Positions 21,779-30,712 of a stretch of DNA of 64,000 nt are shown one piece after another. The translations under genes were made by a program, and so were the position numbers. This DNA comes from Thainema sp. (GTDB taxonomy: Bacteria > Cyanobacteriota > Cyanobacteriia > Phormidesmidales > Phormidesmidaceae): assembly GCA_052168235.1 (NCBI GenBank), contig JBQLZK010000026.1, positions 20,370-84,369 on the forward strand, written 5' to 3'. The first letter of the stretch is position 1; each line of letters begins with the position of its first letter. Below the pieces are notes generated by a model, which worked only from the letters and a program-made list of their open reading frames with translations, had not been told where the DNA came from and did not search any database.

Positions 21779-22738
21779 TTACTTCGCTTGGGCAATGAAG
21801 GTGCGGTGGCGGGGGCTGTTGAATGTGACGGTCGGTGTTGCAAATCCCGCTGATTCAATCGCCTGGGCTAGATCGAGCGCAAAATACTGATCTAGATAGG
21901 GTTCGGTGCTTTTGAGCAGCGTGAAGACAAAGGGCGGAATGGTTTTCAAAAATTCCGATTGGGGATTCATATCCATAATAGCTACGTGACCACCAGGGCG
22001 TACCAGGCGACGAGCTTCTTGCAAAATTGCGATCGCAGCCGACTGGGGCAGTTCGTGGAACATCAGGCAGGCGGATACTAAGTCAAATGAGCCGCTGGGC
22101 AACTGCGTCTCTTCAGCGGCGGCATGTACCCACTGCATGGATGAGTAGCGCTCTGTTTGCTGGGCTTTATACTGCGCGACGGTGACAAAGTAGGGCGACA
22201 GATCCACGCCCGTCAGTTGCGCGTTGGGAAACGTATCTTGCAGCGTAAATGTGCTCAAACCCACGCCGCAGCCCAAGTCCGCAATCGTCTCAGGCGCAGT
22301 CGGCAGTTGTGCCGTCAGGACATCGTGGTAGCTCTGCCGCAGGCGGGCATCGCCTTGTGCGCCCGATTCCGGCCAGATACGGGCGTGAACTGCACGGGCT
22401 GCCACATCTAGCTCCATAGCAGGTGTCCAGCCCAGATTGCCCTCGTCGTAGGCGTGAAAACTGGTGGTGTAATAGTCGGGATAGGCCAAATTAGGATTGG
22501 TCATCGCGGCCAAATCCTGCTCCCAAGCGGTATCGAATTCGGCTCCCGACTGGCGCGATCGCAGATCGTGGACTTCCTGTCGCCACTGCACCCCAATGGT
22601 TTCGGCTCGCTTGACCATCATGGAGCGGGCGCGGGATTTGGCTAACTGCGCCAGCGGCTTGACCGCTAAGACGCCATTCACCACGCCGTTCATCACTTGA
22701 GACGTAGCCGCTGATAGGGGGGAGACAGTCGCAGACAT
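21779..22738 (-). CDS. Class I SAM-dependent methyltransferase
   Basis: DLGCGVGLS, GVDLSPY, FDLV and LVRPGG motifs. Confidence 0.9.
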   Translation of the reverse strand: MSATVSPLSAATSQVMNGVVNGVLAVKPLAQLAKSRARSMMVKRAETIGVQWRQEVHDLRSRQSGAEFDTAWEQDLAAMTNPNLAYPDYYTTSFHAYDEGNLGWTPAMELDVAARAVHARIWPESGAQGDARLRQSYHDVLTAQLPTAPETIADLGCGVGLSTFTLQDTFPNAQLTGVDLSPYFVTVAQYKAQQTERYSSMQWVHAAAEETQLPSGSFDLVSACLMFHELPQSAAIAILQEARRLVRPGGHVAIMDMNPQSEFLKTIPPFVFTLLKSTEPYLDQYFALDLAQAIESAGFATPTVTFNSPRHRTFIAQAK

Positions 22739-22909
22739 AGGACGCTATAAGACGATGTAAAACAAGAATGAATTAACTGTCCATATTTACCTAAATCAAA
22801 TCCTGGCACAAGCGGGTGAGCGGGAATTTCAGGCAAATTTTGGTTAAGGTGCGGATATTGCGATCGCAGGTCGGTCAGAACCGAACCTGACAGCATCAGT
22901 CTCTTTGAT

Positions 22910-22939
22910 ATCGTTAAGACTAGAATCGTTAAGACTAGA
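22910..22939. repeat. Perfect 15-bp tandem duplication in a divergent promoter region
   Basis: atcgttaagactaga twice. Confidence 0.9.
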
Positions 22940-23121
22940 TAAATATCTAAAGTTAAAAATAGTTGATCGTCTGAGCTACGCTACACCAATGTACGTATAA
23001 CAGTCCCAGGACGATCTGATTAGAATCTTAATTTACGTAAAACGCCCGGTTTCTCTGCAAACCTCAGGGCAGATTAGATCAGACGTATCGAACGAACAAG
23101 TTCAAGCAGGAGGCAATTTGG

Positions 23122-24141
23122 ATGGCAGCAACTGATTTCAAAGACTATTACGCCATTCTGGGAGTAGGCAAAAGCTCAAATGCTGACGAAATTAAGCGAG
23201 CCTATCGCAAATTGGCCCGTAAATATCATCCTGACTTGAATCCTGGCGATAAAGCAGCCGAGGCTCGTTTTAAAGAAGTCAATGAAGCCTACGAAGTGCT
23301 GTCTGATCCCGATAAGCGGCAAAAGTATGACCAGTTTGGTCAATATTGGAAGCAAGCCGGACAGGCGGGTGGCTGGGCAGGTGGCGCACCCGGCGGCGTG
23401 GGTGGCTTTGACTTCAGCAACTACGGCAGCTTTGACGAGTTTATTAACGAACTGCTGGGGCGTTTCTCCACAGGTGGCGCAGCCGGAGGCCGCAGCCGCA
23501 CCTACGGCTATAGTGGTTCACCACGGGGCGCAGGTGGTTTTAGCGGCTTTGATGATTTCGCTACGGGGTTTGGTGGCCGGGGAGGCTCAACCGCTGGTGC
23601 CAGCTTAGACCAGGAAGCGTCTATTTCCCTGACCTTTAGCGAAGCCTTCCACGGTGCCCAAAAGCGACTCAATTTGGGGACTGAGGTGATTGACGTACGG
23701 ATTCCCGCCGGAGCAAGAAATGGCAGTCGGATTCGGGTGCGGGGCAAAGGTGTGGCCGATCCAATGGGATCGAATAAGCGGGGCGATTTGTATCTGAATG
23801 TGCAGCTCCAGCCCCATACGTTCTTCAAGCTGGATGGCGATAATCTGACCTGTGAAGTGCCGATCGCACCGGATGAAGCCGCGCTAGGTGGCTCGATTGA
23901 TGTACCGACACCGGATGGTTCTGTCACCATGACGATTCCGGCTGGTATCCGCTCTGGTCAGTCGCTCCGACTGCGGGGCAAAGGCTGGCCAAACCGCAAA
24001 GGCGGACGTGGCGATCAGCTTGTGCGGGTGCAAATTGTACCACCGAAGACTCTCAGCGAGGTTGAGCGCGAGTGCTACGAAAAAATTCGCGACAGCCGCA
24101 CAATGAATCCCCGCAGCAGCATCGCCAATATTCATCTGTAG
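23122..24141 (+). CDS. Class II DnaJ (CbpA-like) co-chaperone
   Basis: J domain with HPD, G/F region and DnaJ C-terminal domains; no Zn finger. RBS ggagg upstream. Confidence 0.92.
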   Translation: MAATDFKDYYAILGVGKSSNADEIKRAYRKLARKYHPDLNPGDKAAEARFKEVNEAYEVLSDPDKRQKYDQFGQYWKQAGQAGGWAGGAPGGVGGFDFSNYGSFDEFINELLGRFSTGGAAGGRSRTYGYSGSPRGAGGFSGFDDFATGFGGRGGSTAGASLDQEASISLTFSEAFHGAQKRLNLGTEVIDVRIPAGARNGSRIRVRGKGVADPMGSNKRGDLYLNVQLQPHTFFKLDGDNLTCEVPIAPDEAALGGSIDVPTPDGSVTMTIPAGIRSGQSLRLRGKGWPNRKGGRGDQLVRVQIVPPKTLSEVERECYEKIRDSRTMNPRSSIANIHL

Positions 24142-24255
24142 AGTCTTAAAGTTTGTCAAACTGTGGCTCTATCCTAAAGTTTTTGCCTATAGAGAGAGGA
24201 GCTTTCCCTATTCTGCTCCCTTCTCACCGTGGAAAAACGAAGAGATGTTCTGATC

Positions 24256-24297
24256 AAAAAAGGCCCTTCTGTGTCAACTCGCTGACGAGAAGGGCTT
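24256..24297 (-). terminator. Putative intrinsic terminator of the peptidoglycan-binding gene
   Basis: aggcccttct...agaagggctt stem preceded by an A-run on the plus strand. Confidence 0.45.
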
Positions 24298-24371
24298 CAG
24301 TTATCAGTAGAGAACTTGTCAGATGAAAGTAGTCAAAGAAGGATTGCTTCTGGGACTAGCTTGAAAGCAAA

Positions 24372-24863
24372 CTACAGCGTTGCGTGGCTGACTTGGCTAG
24401 ATAGGGTATACAGTGCCATCCAAGTTTGAGGGCCAACAATGCCATCGACAACGAGGCGATATTCGCCTTGGAACACTTTGACCGCGGCTTCCGTTTTGGG
24501 GCCAAAAATGCCATCAATTGGGCCAGCATGATACAGCGGATAGATCAGATTGTCGAAGCCAGAGAATACTCGCTGCAGGCGCTCAACATGCTCATTGCGG
24601 CTACCTGAACGCAGAACTGGCATATCAACTGGATAGCCTGCGTCTAAAGATTTCCAGGTTTTGGGGCCAACAATACCATCTTCTGCCAGAAACAGACGGT
24701 ACTGCATTACTTTGACTGCGAACTCAGTTTGAGGGCCAAAGATGCCATCAACTTGGAGCTGGATGGGGCCACGCTGATTGAGTAAGTGCTGTAAATCTTT
24801 TATAACTGCACCTTGAGAACCGCGCTGTACAGTGGGACGTTGGATATTGATATTGGTTTGCAT
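24372..24863 (-). CDS. Protein with tandem peptidoglycan-binding (PG_binding_1) domains
   Basis: Two repeats of DGIFGPxT..AV..(F/M)Q....L..DGIVGPxTW. Confidence 0.9.
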   Translation of the reverse strand: MQTNINIQRPTVQRGSQGAVIKDLQHLLNQRGPIQLQVDGIFGPQTEFAVKVMQYRLFLAEDGIVGPKTWKSLDAGYPVDMPVLRSGSRNEHVERLQRVFSGFDNLIYPLYHAGPIDGIFGPKTEAAVKVFQGEYRLVVDGIVGPQTWMALYTLSSQVSHATL

Positions 24864-25131
24864 CAGAAACTCCTTACAGGATGTGAGTCGATAGGGGTAA
24901 TCGATAATTACGAATGGACTCGAAGTGAACTTGATGGAACGCTTGAATCCGTTCTAATAAAAATATCAATTCGCTCCTAGGAGATTTCGGCAGACCCTAT
25001 GACCCAAACCGGGGCATTTAGGCGCAAAAGCAGTTTTCAAAGATTAAAAGAAAACCCCAGAATCTTGAAAGGGATGATATTGCGAGCCTTTCAAAAAGAT
25101 TTTGGGGGTTTCAGAACAGTTGCTGGATGGC

Positions 25132-26286
25132 TTAGCTCAGCCGCTGGAGGATATCGGGATTTTTCAGATCCGCTAGCGTTGCGCTACCAGTACAGAACAT
25201 AGCTGTCGAGATTTCAGCGACCAATAGCTCAGCTAAATCATAAACTGCCGCTTCTGAATCCGATGCGGCCTGCAAAAATGGCCAAGCCAGTCCCGCTAGA
25301 TCTGCCCCCAGCGCAATGGTTTTCGCTACATCTAAACCTGTCCGCAGTCCACCGGAAGCGATTAGGGGGATTTCAGGTGCGATCGCACGAATCGCTGTAA
25401 TACAATCCGCCGTCGGCAAGCCCCAATCGGCAAAGGTATTACCCAAGCGCCGCTGCTTGAAGTCCTGCGCCCGCTCGCTTTCGACCCGTGCCCAGGAGGT
25501 GCCGCCCGCGCCCGCTACGTCGATGGCGCTGATGCCGCAATCAATTAACCGCTGCGCCATTTTAGCTGAAATGCCGTTACCGACTTCTTTGGCAATTACG
25601 GGTATAGGCAACTGCTGACAGAGGGTTTCAATTTTCGCCAGCAGTCCCTTGAAGTTGGTATCGCCCCGCGTCTGGACGCACTCTTGTAGCGGATTCAGGT
25701 GCAAAATCAGCGCATCGGCTTCCAGCCAGTCCACCACCTGCTGGCACTGCTCTAGACCGTAACTGTAGTTCAATTGAACCGCGCCCAGATTGGCAAAAAT
25801 TAGCGCATCGGGTGCGATCGCACGAATGGAAAAGGTCGATTGCAGCTCTGGATTTTCCACAGCCACCCGCTGCGAGCCGACACCCATTGCTAAGCGGTAC
25901 TGCTGCGCTACTTCGGCCAGTCGAGTGTTAATCAGCTTGGCCTGCTCGGTGCCGCCCGTCATGGAAGAGATCAGCAGCGGTGCGCCCAGAGATTTGCCGA
26001 GAAACGTTGTACTCAGCACCAAATCTTGATAGTCCAATTCGGGCAGGCAGCAGTGGACAAACCGATAGCGGTCGAGGCCATTGCCCGTGCGATGAAACTG
26101 CACGTCTTCGTCAAGACAAATCCGCAGATGGTCAGCCTTGCGAACCTGAGTTTCATGAGCGGTTTCGGGGGCTGCGTGAGCGGTATTATCTGGCGTACCT
26201 TGAGCGGAAACGGAATGGGTGGAAGAAGATGGAGTCACGGATCGAAGTCGTTGTTCTACCTTGCGAAGATCCAGTTTCCCACGCAT
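25132..26286 (-). CDS. fni: Type 2 isopentenyl-diphosphate delta-isomerase (start uncertain)
   Basis: RKADHL, SSMTGG, GVGSQR, HLNPLQE, KEVGNG and GAGGTSW motifs. Confidence 0.93.
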   Translation of the reverse strand: MRGKLDLRKVEQRLRSVTPSSSTHSVSAQGTPDNTAHAAPETAHETQVRKADHLRICLDEDVQFHRTGNGLDRYRFVHCCLPELDYQDLVLSTTFLGKSLGAPLLISSMTGGTEQAKLINTRLAEVAQQYRLAMGVGSQRVAVENPELQSTFSIRAIAPDALIFANLGAVQLNYSYGLEQCQQVVDWLEADALILHLNPLQECVQTRGDTNFKGLLAKIETLCQQLPIPVIAKEVGNGISAKMAQRLIDCGISAIDVAGAGGTSWARVESERAQDFKQRRLGNTFADWGLPTADCITAIRAIAPEIPLIASGGLRTGLDVAKTIALGADLAGLAWPFLQAASDSEAAVYDLAELLVAEISTAMFCTGSATLADLKNPDILQRLS

Positions 26287-26412
26287 CGGTTCTGGAATGG
26301 CTTTTGGTAAATATTTTGTTGTTCTAGAGGATGTAGAGGGATGTAGAGGCTGTAAAGGGCTGTAGAGACCCAATTACAAGAGAGCCGACTTGATTTGTGA
26401 GTGTCAAAAAGC

Positions 26413-28233
26413 CTATTTCAGCTCTTTAGCGAAGTCGCGCTGCAATGTTTGTAGAGTGACTTCTAGACCGGAAGAATGAATCCAGCCTACATAACCGCCA
26501 TAGACGCAGCACTTGTTCTCGTCTCGAATAAATACATGATCAACACCAAACGGATTTTTCCAAGTACTTACTTGAACACCATTTCTGAACTTGAGTAGAG
26601 GTGTAGAGTGACGGAAATCAGCACGATTAGCTTTGGTCATTCCTGGCACTTGATTCAGCCGCGATCTGAGTGTTTCGATCAGTGAATTTGTTTCAGAGTC
26701 AGAAACAGCTTCAGAAAATTTTTGATGAGAGCGACCCAGCAAGACGTTAATTTCAGCCAAAATTTCTGATAGACGAGTTTTGTAATTTAGATGTCCTCCT
26801 ACCCAATCGCTAACATCTAAGTTGATTACTCCATCTAGCTCTAATTCGCTCATACCAATCGGACTCGCTAGCAATTCTGCCGTTCGATAAACATAGGCTA
26901 GTACTAAATCATTCTTGGAATAAACATTAACAATGTTGCCTTCAACAATTTGACTAGCACGCTTAAGCCTGGGGTCGTCTTGCGCTATTGCACCAGCAAG
27001 GAGATATACATCAAAGACTTTTCCAGACACGCCCCGCTTTGCCAATTGGTCAAGTGCTGCAATGACGACTCGTGTTCCTAAAGAGTAGGCAATGAGTGTA
27101 ATTGGCAAGCCACCAAATCCACCATCAGCAATATAATCACCTAAGAGTTTGCCAGCTTGCTCTGCACGGTTTTTAGCTACGCTCCAGGGATTGTCAATGA
27201 TGTTGAGGGCAGAGAGTGCTGCAACGGGTATCGCTGCCATTCCAAACGCTTTTTTAGTTGCAGACATCGCTATCTGCGCTATAGCTGCTCCAGATAAGCC
27301 TTGAGAAGAAACAGAGGACAGAACCTTTCCAAGGTCTTGTAGTTTCTTGGATTCCCATTTCAAATCATAGCTACAGGCTTGAGGAAAAGACTCCTGGAGA
27401 CCTGACCATACATCACTAGGCTGTTGACCCTGTTGCAAAAAACCACTTACACCTAGACAGATATGTAGTCCTTCTCCTCCGATATGCTCAATATCCCACT
27501 CTTTGATATCACCTAGCCGTTGATTTGCTTTCCAACCTGCAATTCCAGCACCACTAGCACCCAAGGCGGCTGTTACAAGCGCTGTGCCACCTGCCATACC
27601 AAATCCGCCTGCGGCAATTGAGCCACCACCCAAAAAGGCTAAACCTGCTGACGTAGCTGCTGCACCACTTAAACCTAAGAAAGTTGTGCCAATAGCTCCT
27701 CCAATGATTGGGGCGGCCAATCCACCTGTTAGCGCGATCGCACCTCCTCCCACAACTGCTATACCTGCTACTTGAGCAACTTTCCCCCAGTCCCAAGATT
27801 TGGGGTCTTGAACAGTGTTTTCTGTGTTTTTCTTTGCTTCTGCGTTCTTCTTTGCTTCTTCTAGGGTGTTGCGGAATCGCTCAACTAAGTCATGCTCAAT
27901 ATTTTCAATAGTTGACCAAGGAACATCCAGAATTTTGGCTGCTTCACTAATGGCCACCCGTTCTCGTGCATCGTAGATACCATCTGCAAAAGACATCTGG
28001 AGCAGTAACTCTAGTACGAACTGCTTAGACGCAGTGGTTTTAAGATCAAGCAGAATAGTTTGAAGTTCTGCTAAATTCACATTTTTCACTGGCGGTAGAG
28101 GATCAATTTGCAGGTGTAGCGCAACGTTCTCCAAGAATTCTAATTCCTGTTTAGAAATCTCTCCGTCTCTTGTAGCTAGCCAGATTAAAAGTTTGAGGAT
28201 TGCCCGTTTCTCGGTATTCTTCCAGGATTGCAT
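26413..28233 (-). CDS. TerB-like domain fused to a DUF726/TMCO4-like alpha/beta hydrolase, with an extra C-terminal domain
   Basis: N-terminal DGEISKQE...ADGIYDARE (TerB-like), Gly/Ala-rich hydrophobic segment LTGGLAAP, then IDNPW, AYSLG, SKNDLVL and GGHLNY. Confidence 0.7.
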   Translation of the reverse strand: MQSWKNTEKRAILKLLIWLATRDGEISKQELEFLENVALHLQIDPLPPVKNVNLAELQTILLDLKTTASKQFVLELLLQMSFADGIYDARERVAISEAAKILDVPWSTIENIEHDLVERFRNTLEEAKKNAEAKKNTENTVQDPKSWDWGKVAQVAGIAVVGGGAIALTGGLAAPIIGGAIGTTFLGLSGAAATSAGLAFLGGGSIAAGGFGMAGGTALVTAALGASGAGIAGWKANQRLGDIKEWDIEHIGGEGLHICLGVSGFLQQGQQPSDVWSGLQESFPQACSYDLKWESKKLQDLGKVLSSVSSQGLSGAAIAQIAMSATKKAFGMAAIPVAALSALNIIDNPWSVAKNRAEQAGKLLGDYIADGGFGGLPITLIAYSLGTRVVIAALDQLAKRGVSGKVFDVYLLAGAIAQDDPRLKRASQIVEGNIVNVYSKNDLVLAYVYRTAELLASPIGMSELELDGVINLDVSDWVGGHLNYKTRLSEILAEINVLLGRSHQKFSEAVSDSETNSLIETLRSRLNQVPGMTKANRADFRHSTPLLKFRNGVQVSTWKNPFGVDHVFIRDENKCCVYGGYVGWIHSSGLEVTLQTLQRDFAKELK

Positions 28234-28506
28234 GAATTCTTAATTCCTTGGCGAGACCACAATATTGCCCAGATTCCTACTGCTATTTCGTGAAGATGTT
28301 AGGTTCTTGTTTAGTCAACCTGGCAAGCTTCAATTTGCAACTCACAGAAGGTTCTCTCCTTTAAGATCTTCAAATTGAGAATGCCCAATCAGGATAGATA
28401 ATCTGCAACCTCACTTGGATCTAGCGCGATCGCAAATCCCCTATGTCGAGTTGAAGCATAAAACCCGACAATTCCCTTCACTAATCTTTCTGTCAGTAAT
28501 CCTGTA

Positions 28507-28535
28507 TTGACTCCACAGGCCAAATCTCGTACTGT
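28507..28535 (+). promoter_or_regulatory. Sigma70-type promoter
   Basis: -35 TTGACT (28507-28512), 17-bp spacer, -10 TACTGT (28530-28535). Confidence 0.7.
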
Positions 28536-28541
28536 GAAACG

Positions 28542-28740
28542 TTAAGTTGTCGAAGCAAACATCACCTGCACGGCAACTGGATACCAAAAATCTAGTCGCA
28601 CCACCCAGAGTTGCTGACGACAACCCTGGATGGCTAACCGCTACGTTGAACGAGGCAACGCATCGGCTTGGAGGATTATATCCTCTAGTCACTCTGCATT
28701 GCGCTTCAAATGCGGAGTGGCTAGGTTTTTGGCTTTCCTC
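28542..28740 (+). ncRNA. Structured cis-regulatory/antisense-type leader RNA with terminator-antiterminator switch (C4/CI-like architecture)
   Basis: Four consecutive stem-loops, then a terminator 28685-28724 followed by GTTTTT. Segment 28584-28599 is fully complementary (with G-U pairs) to 28717-28732. Confidence 0.6.
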
Positions 28741-28766
28741 GAAAGTCAAAACCAAAGGAAACCACA

Positions 28767-29051
28767 ATGACATATTTCATCCTCGGTGCTGCATCCCAGG
28801 CAGCGCCACAATCTGGTGCGACCAATCCCAGCCCAGCTCAACGCGACAGTCGGCATCCGCTGCGGATCATTCTGCTCGGTTCCCGCCCCGACATCATCAT
28901 CACCATCAAAAACCTGCATCGACGCGGCTTTGCCCCTGCCGACGAGTGGAGCCAGCCCATTCCCTGCCCCAGCGCCAGCGACGTAGCCAGGATCTTGGCT
29001 CAACGTCAGCCCGACGACCAAATCAGCATCCTCACCCGCTATCTGCACTAA
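28767..29051 (+). CDS. Small cyanobacterial hypothetical protein
   Basis: RBS aaagga upstream. Core RIILLGS...TIKNLHRRGFA...EWSQP...ISILTR resembles a recurrent cyanobacterial hypothetical family (from recall). Confidence 0.65.
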   Translation: MTYFILGAASQAAPQSGATNPSPAQRDSRHPLRIILLGSRPDIIITIKNLHRRGFAPADEWSQPIPCPSASDVARILAQRQPDDQISILTRYLH

Positions 29052-29079
29052 CAGATCTAGAACAAAACCACACTCTGTT

Positions 29080-29311
29080 GCCCTCACCCTAAATCCCTCT
29101 CCCACAGGGCGAGGAACTTCCGATCCGGCTCCTCTTCTCCTGTGGGCTACTGTGTACACACATCTTGATAACGTCCCCTCAACCCTGGAATGATCCCCCT
29201 AAATCCCCCTTTTTAAGGGGGATTTAGGGGGATCTCAACGTTGAAACGGAGCCGAAGAGACTTGTATGTACCCAGTAGATCCTGTGGGAGAAGGGGCTGG
29301 GGGGTAAGGGC
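29080..29311. repeat. Short dispersed palindromic repeat (CCCTCACCCTAAATCCCTCTCCC...GGGAGAAGGGG type) interrupted by a MITE
   Basis: Outer IR gccctcaccc / ggggtaagggc. The internal hairpin ctcctcttctcc...ggagaagggg is restored when 29147-29288 is removed. Confidence 0.65.
29147..29278. mobile_element. 132-bp MITE
   Basis: TIRs ctactgtgtacacaca / tgtatgtacccagtag (14/16). Flanking duplication ctcctgtggg (29137-29146) / atcctgtggg (29279-29288). Internal palindrome 29192-29234 with 20-bp arms. Confidence 0.8.
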
Positions 29312-29431
29312 AAACAGAACACATTACGCCCACCATTCCTGAAGGATTTTGATAAATTATCTGGAAAAAGCTTATTTGAGTTTGCTTTAAAGTAGGATAC
29401 GGATTTATTTCCTATATCTCACCATCAATAC

Positions 29432-30712
29432 TTGCCAATGGGTTCCCAGCGTCTACCAGCATTCAAAAATGGATCACGATGGATTGTTGCCGCCAGCGCG
29501 ATCGCACTTTTAGGCACAGGCAGCGTTTTGGCGTATCTATTTTGGCAGCAACAGCCTCCCAAAGCCGTCAGTGCCAGGGTTCTGACCGTCGAGCGGGATA
29601 CCGTCGAAGAAACGATCAACGCCAGCGGCACCGTCGAACTGGGCGATCAGCAAACTCTGACATCCCCCACAGAAGGAGCAGTTGAACAAGTCTTCGTCAA
29701 CTCTGGCGATCGCGTCACGGCGGGACAAACTCTGATTACCCTACGCAATGCCGAGCGGGAAACGGCCACGACAAACCAGCAACTGCTGATTGCTCAACAG
29801 GAAGAAACTCTCCAGCGCAGTCGCCAGCGGATCGCCGAAGCAGAGGTGCAGCTTACCGCCTATCGGGCTGACTTGGAGCGGTTGAGTCAGTTGGTAACTG
29901 AAGGTGCGATCGCAGAAACGGGGACGGAAATTCTGAATAAGCAGGAGCAGATTCGTAACACCGAAGCCCAACTGCGGGATGCCCAGTCTGAAGCCAACAA
30001 AGCGCTGCTAGAGCTAGATCGGCTGCAAGTGGAGGATCAAAAAGTGCAGCAGCAGCTCCGCGAAACCGTAGTCACAGCACCGATTGGCGGCATGATTCTG
30101 AATATTGGCGTTCTAGATGGCGATGGGGTTGAGGTTCGCACCGATCTGCTGACCCTGGGCGATCCAGCGGAAGAGGTCGTCCGTTTGAAGTTGTCTACCC
30201 TGGATGCCGCCCGCGTCAAAGTCGGTCAAACAGCCCGTGTCAGCGTCATTGGCCCCAATCCAGAGGTCTACATGGGGCGAGTGGTCTATCTTTCACCGCT
30301 AGCTGTCACCAACGATAGCAGCAATGGTGGCGAACAGTCGGCCCAGTCGGTTGTGACGACACTGGTTCAACTGGATCAGCCAACGCGTACTTTGATTCCA
30401 GGTAGCCAGGTCAACGTGGAAATCATTCTGAAATCGCGTCCTGATGTGATAGCGCTGGGTACCGAAACGATTCAGCGCAATGGTGAAGACCCGTTTGTCT
30501 GGGTGATTGATGACCAGGGACAGGCTCAGCAGCGCCCCGTTGAACTGGGTCTTGAAGGACTCGTCACGGTTGAAGTCACCGACGGTCTTGAACCAGGCGA
30601 CCAAATTATCGTGCCGTCTCCCGATCAGCCTCTGACCGCAGGCACACCGATTGAAGCTGAATCCCCCAGTTCTTCCGCATCTCCTGAAGCCAATGAGTCT
30701 TTCATCAACTGA
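29432..30712 (+). CDS. Efflux transporter periplasmic adaptor (HlyD/MacA family)
   Basis: N-terminal TM, lipoyl half motifs (GAVEQVFVNSGDRVTAGQ, VTAPIGG), coiled-coil hairpin and GLEPGDQI. Confidence 0.9.
   Translation: MPMGSQRLPAFKNGSRWIVAASAIALLGTGSVLAYLFWQQQPPKAVSARVLTVERDTVEETINASGTVELGDQQTLTSPTEGAVEQVFVNSGDRVTAGQTLITLRNAERETATTNQQLLIAQQEETLQRSRQRIAEAEVQLTAYRADLERLSQLVTEGAIAETGTEILNKQEQIRNTEAQLRDAQSEANKALLELDRLQVEDQKVQQQLRETVVTAPIGGMILNIGVLDGDGVEVRTDLLTLGDPAEEVVRLKLSTLDAARVKVGQTARVSVIGPNPEVYMGRVVYLSPLAVTNDSSNGGEQSAQSVVTTLVQLDQPTRTLIPGSQVNVEIILKSRPDVIALGTETIQRNGEDPFVWVIDDQGQAQQRPVELGLEGLVTVEVTDGLEPGDQIIVPSPDQPLTAGTPIEAESPSSSASPEANESFIN

Noticed and set aside
28547..29092. 181-aa ORF spanning the structured leader, and the antisense ORFs 28441-28773 and 28746-29159
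   Set aside because: Weak start, no RBS and low-complexity translation. The region is better explained by RNA structure plus the 94-aa ORF, which has an RBS.
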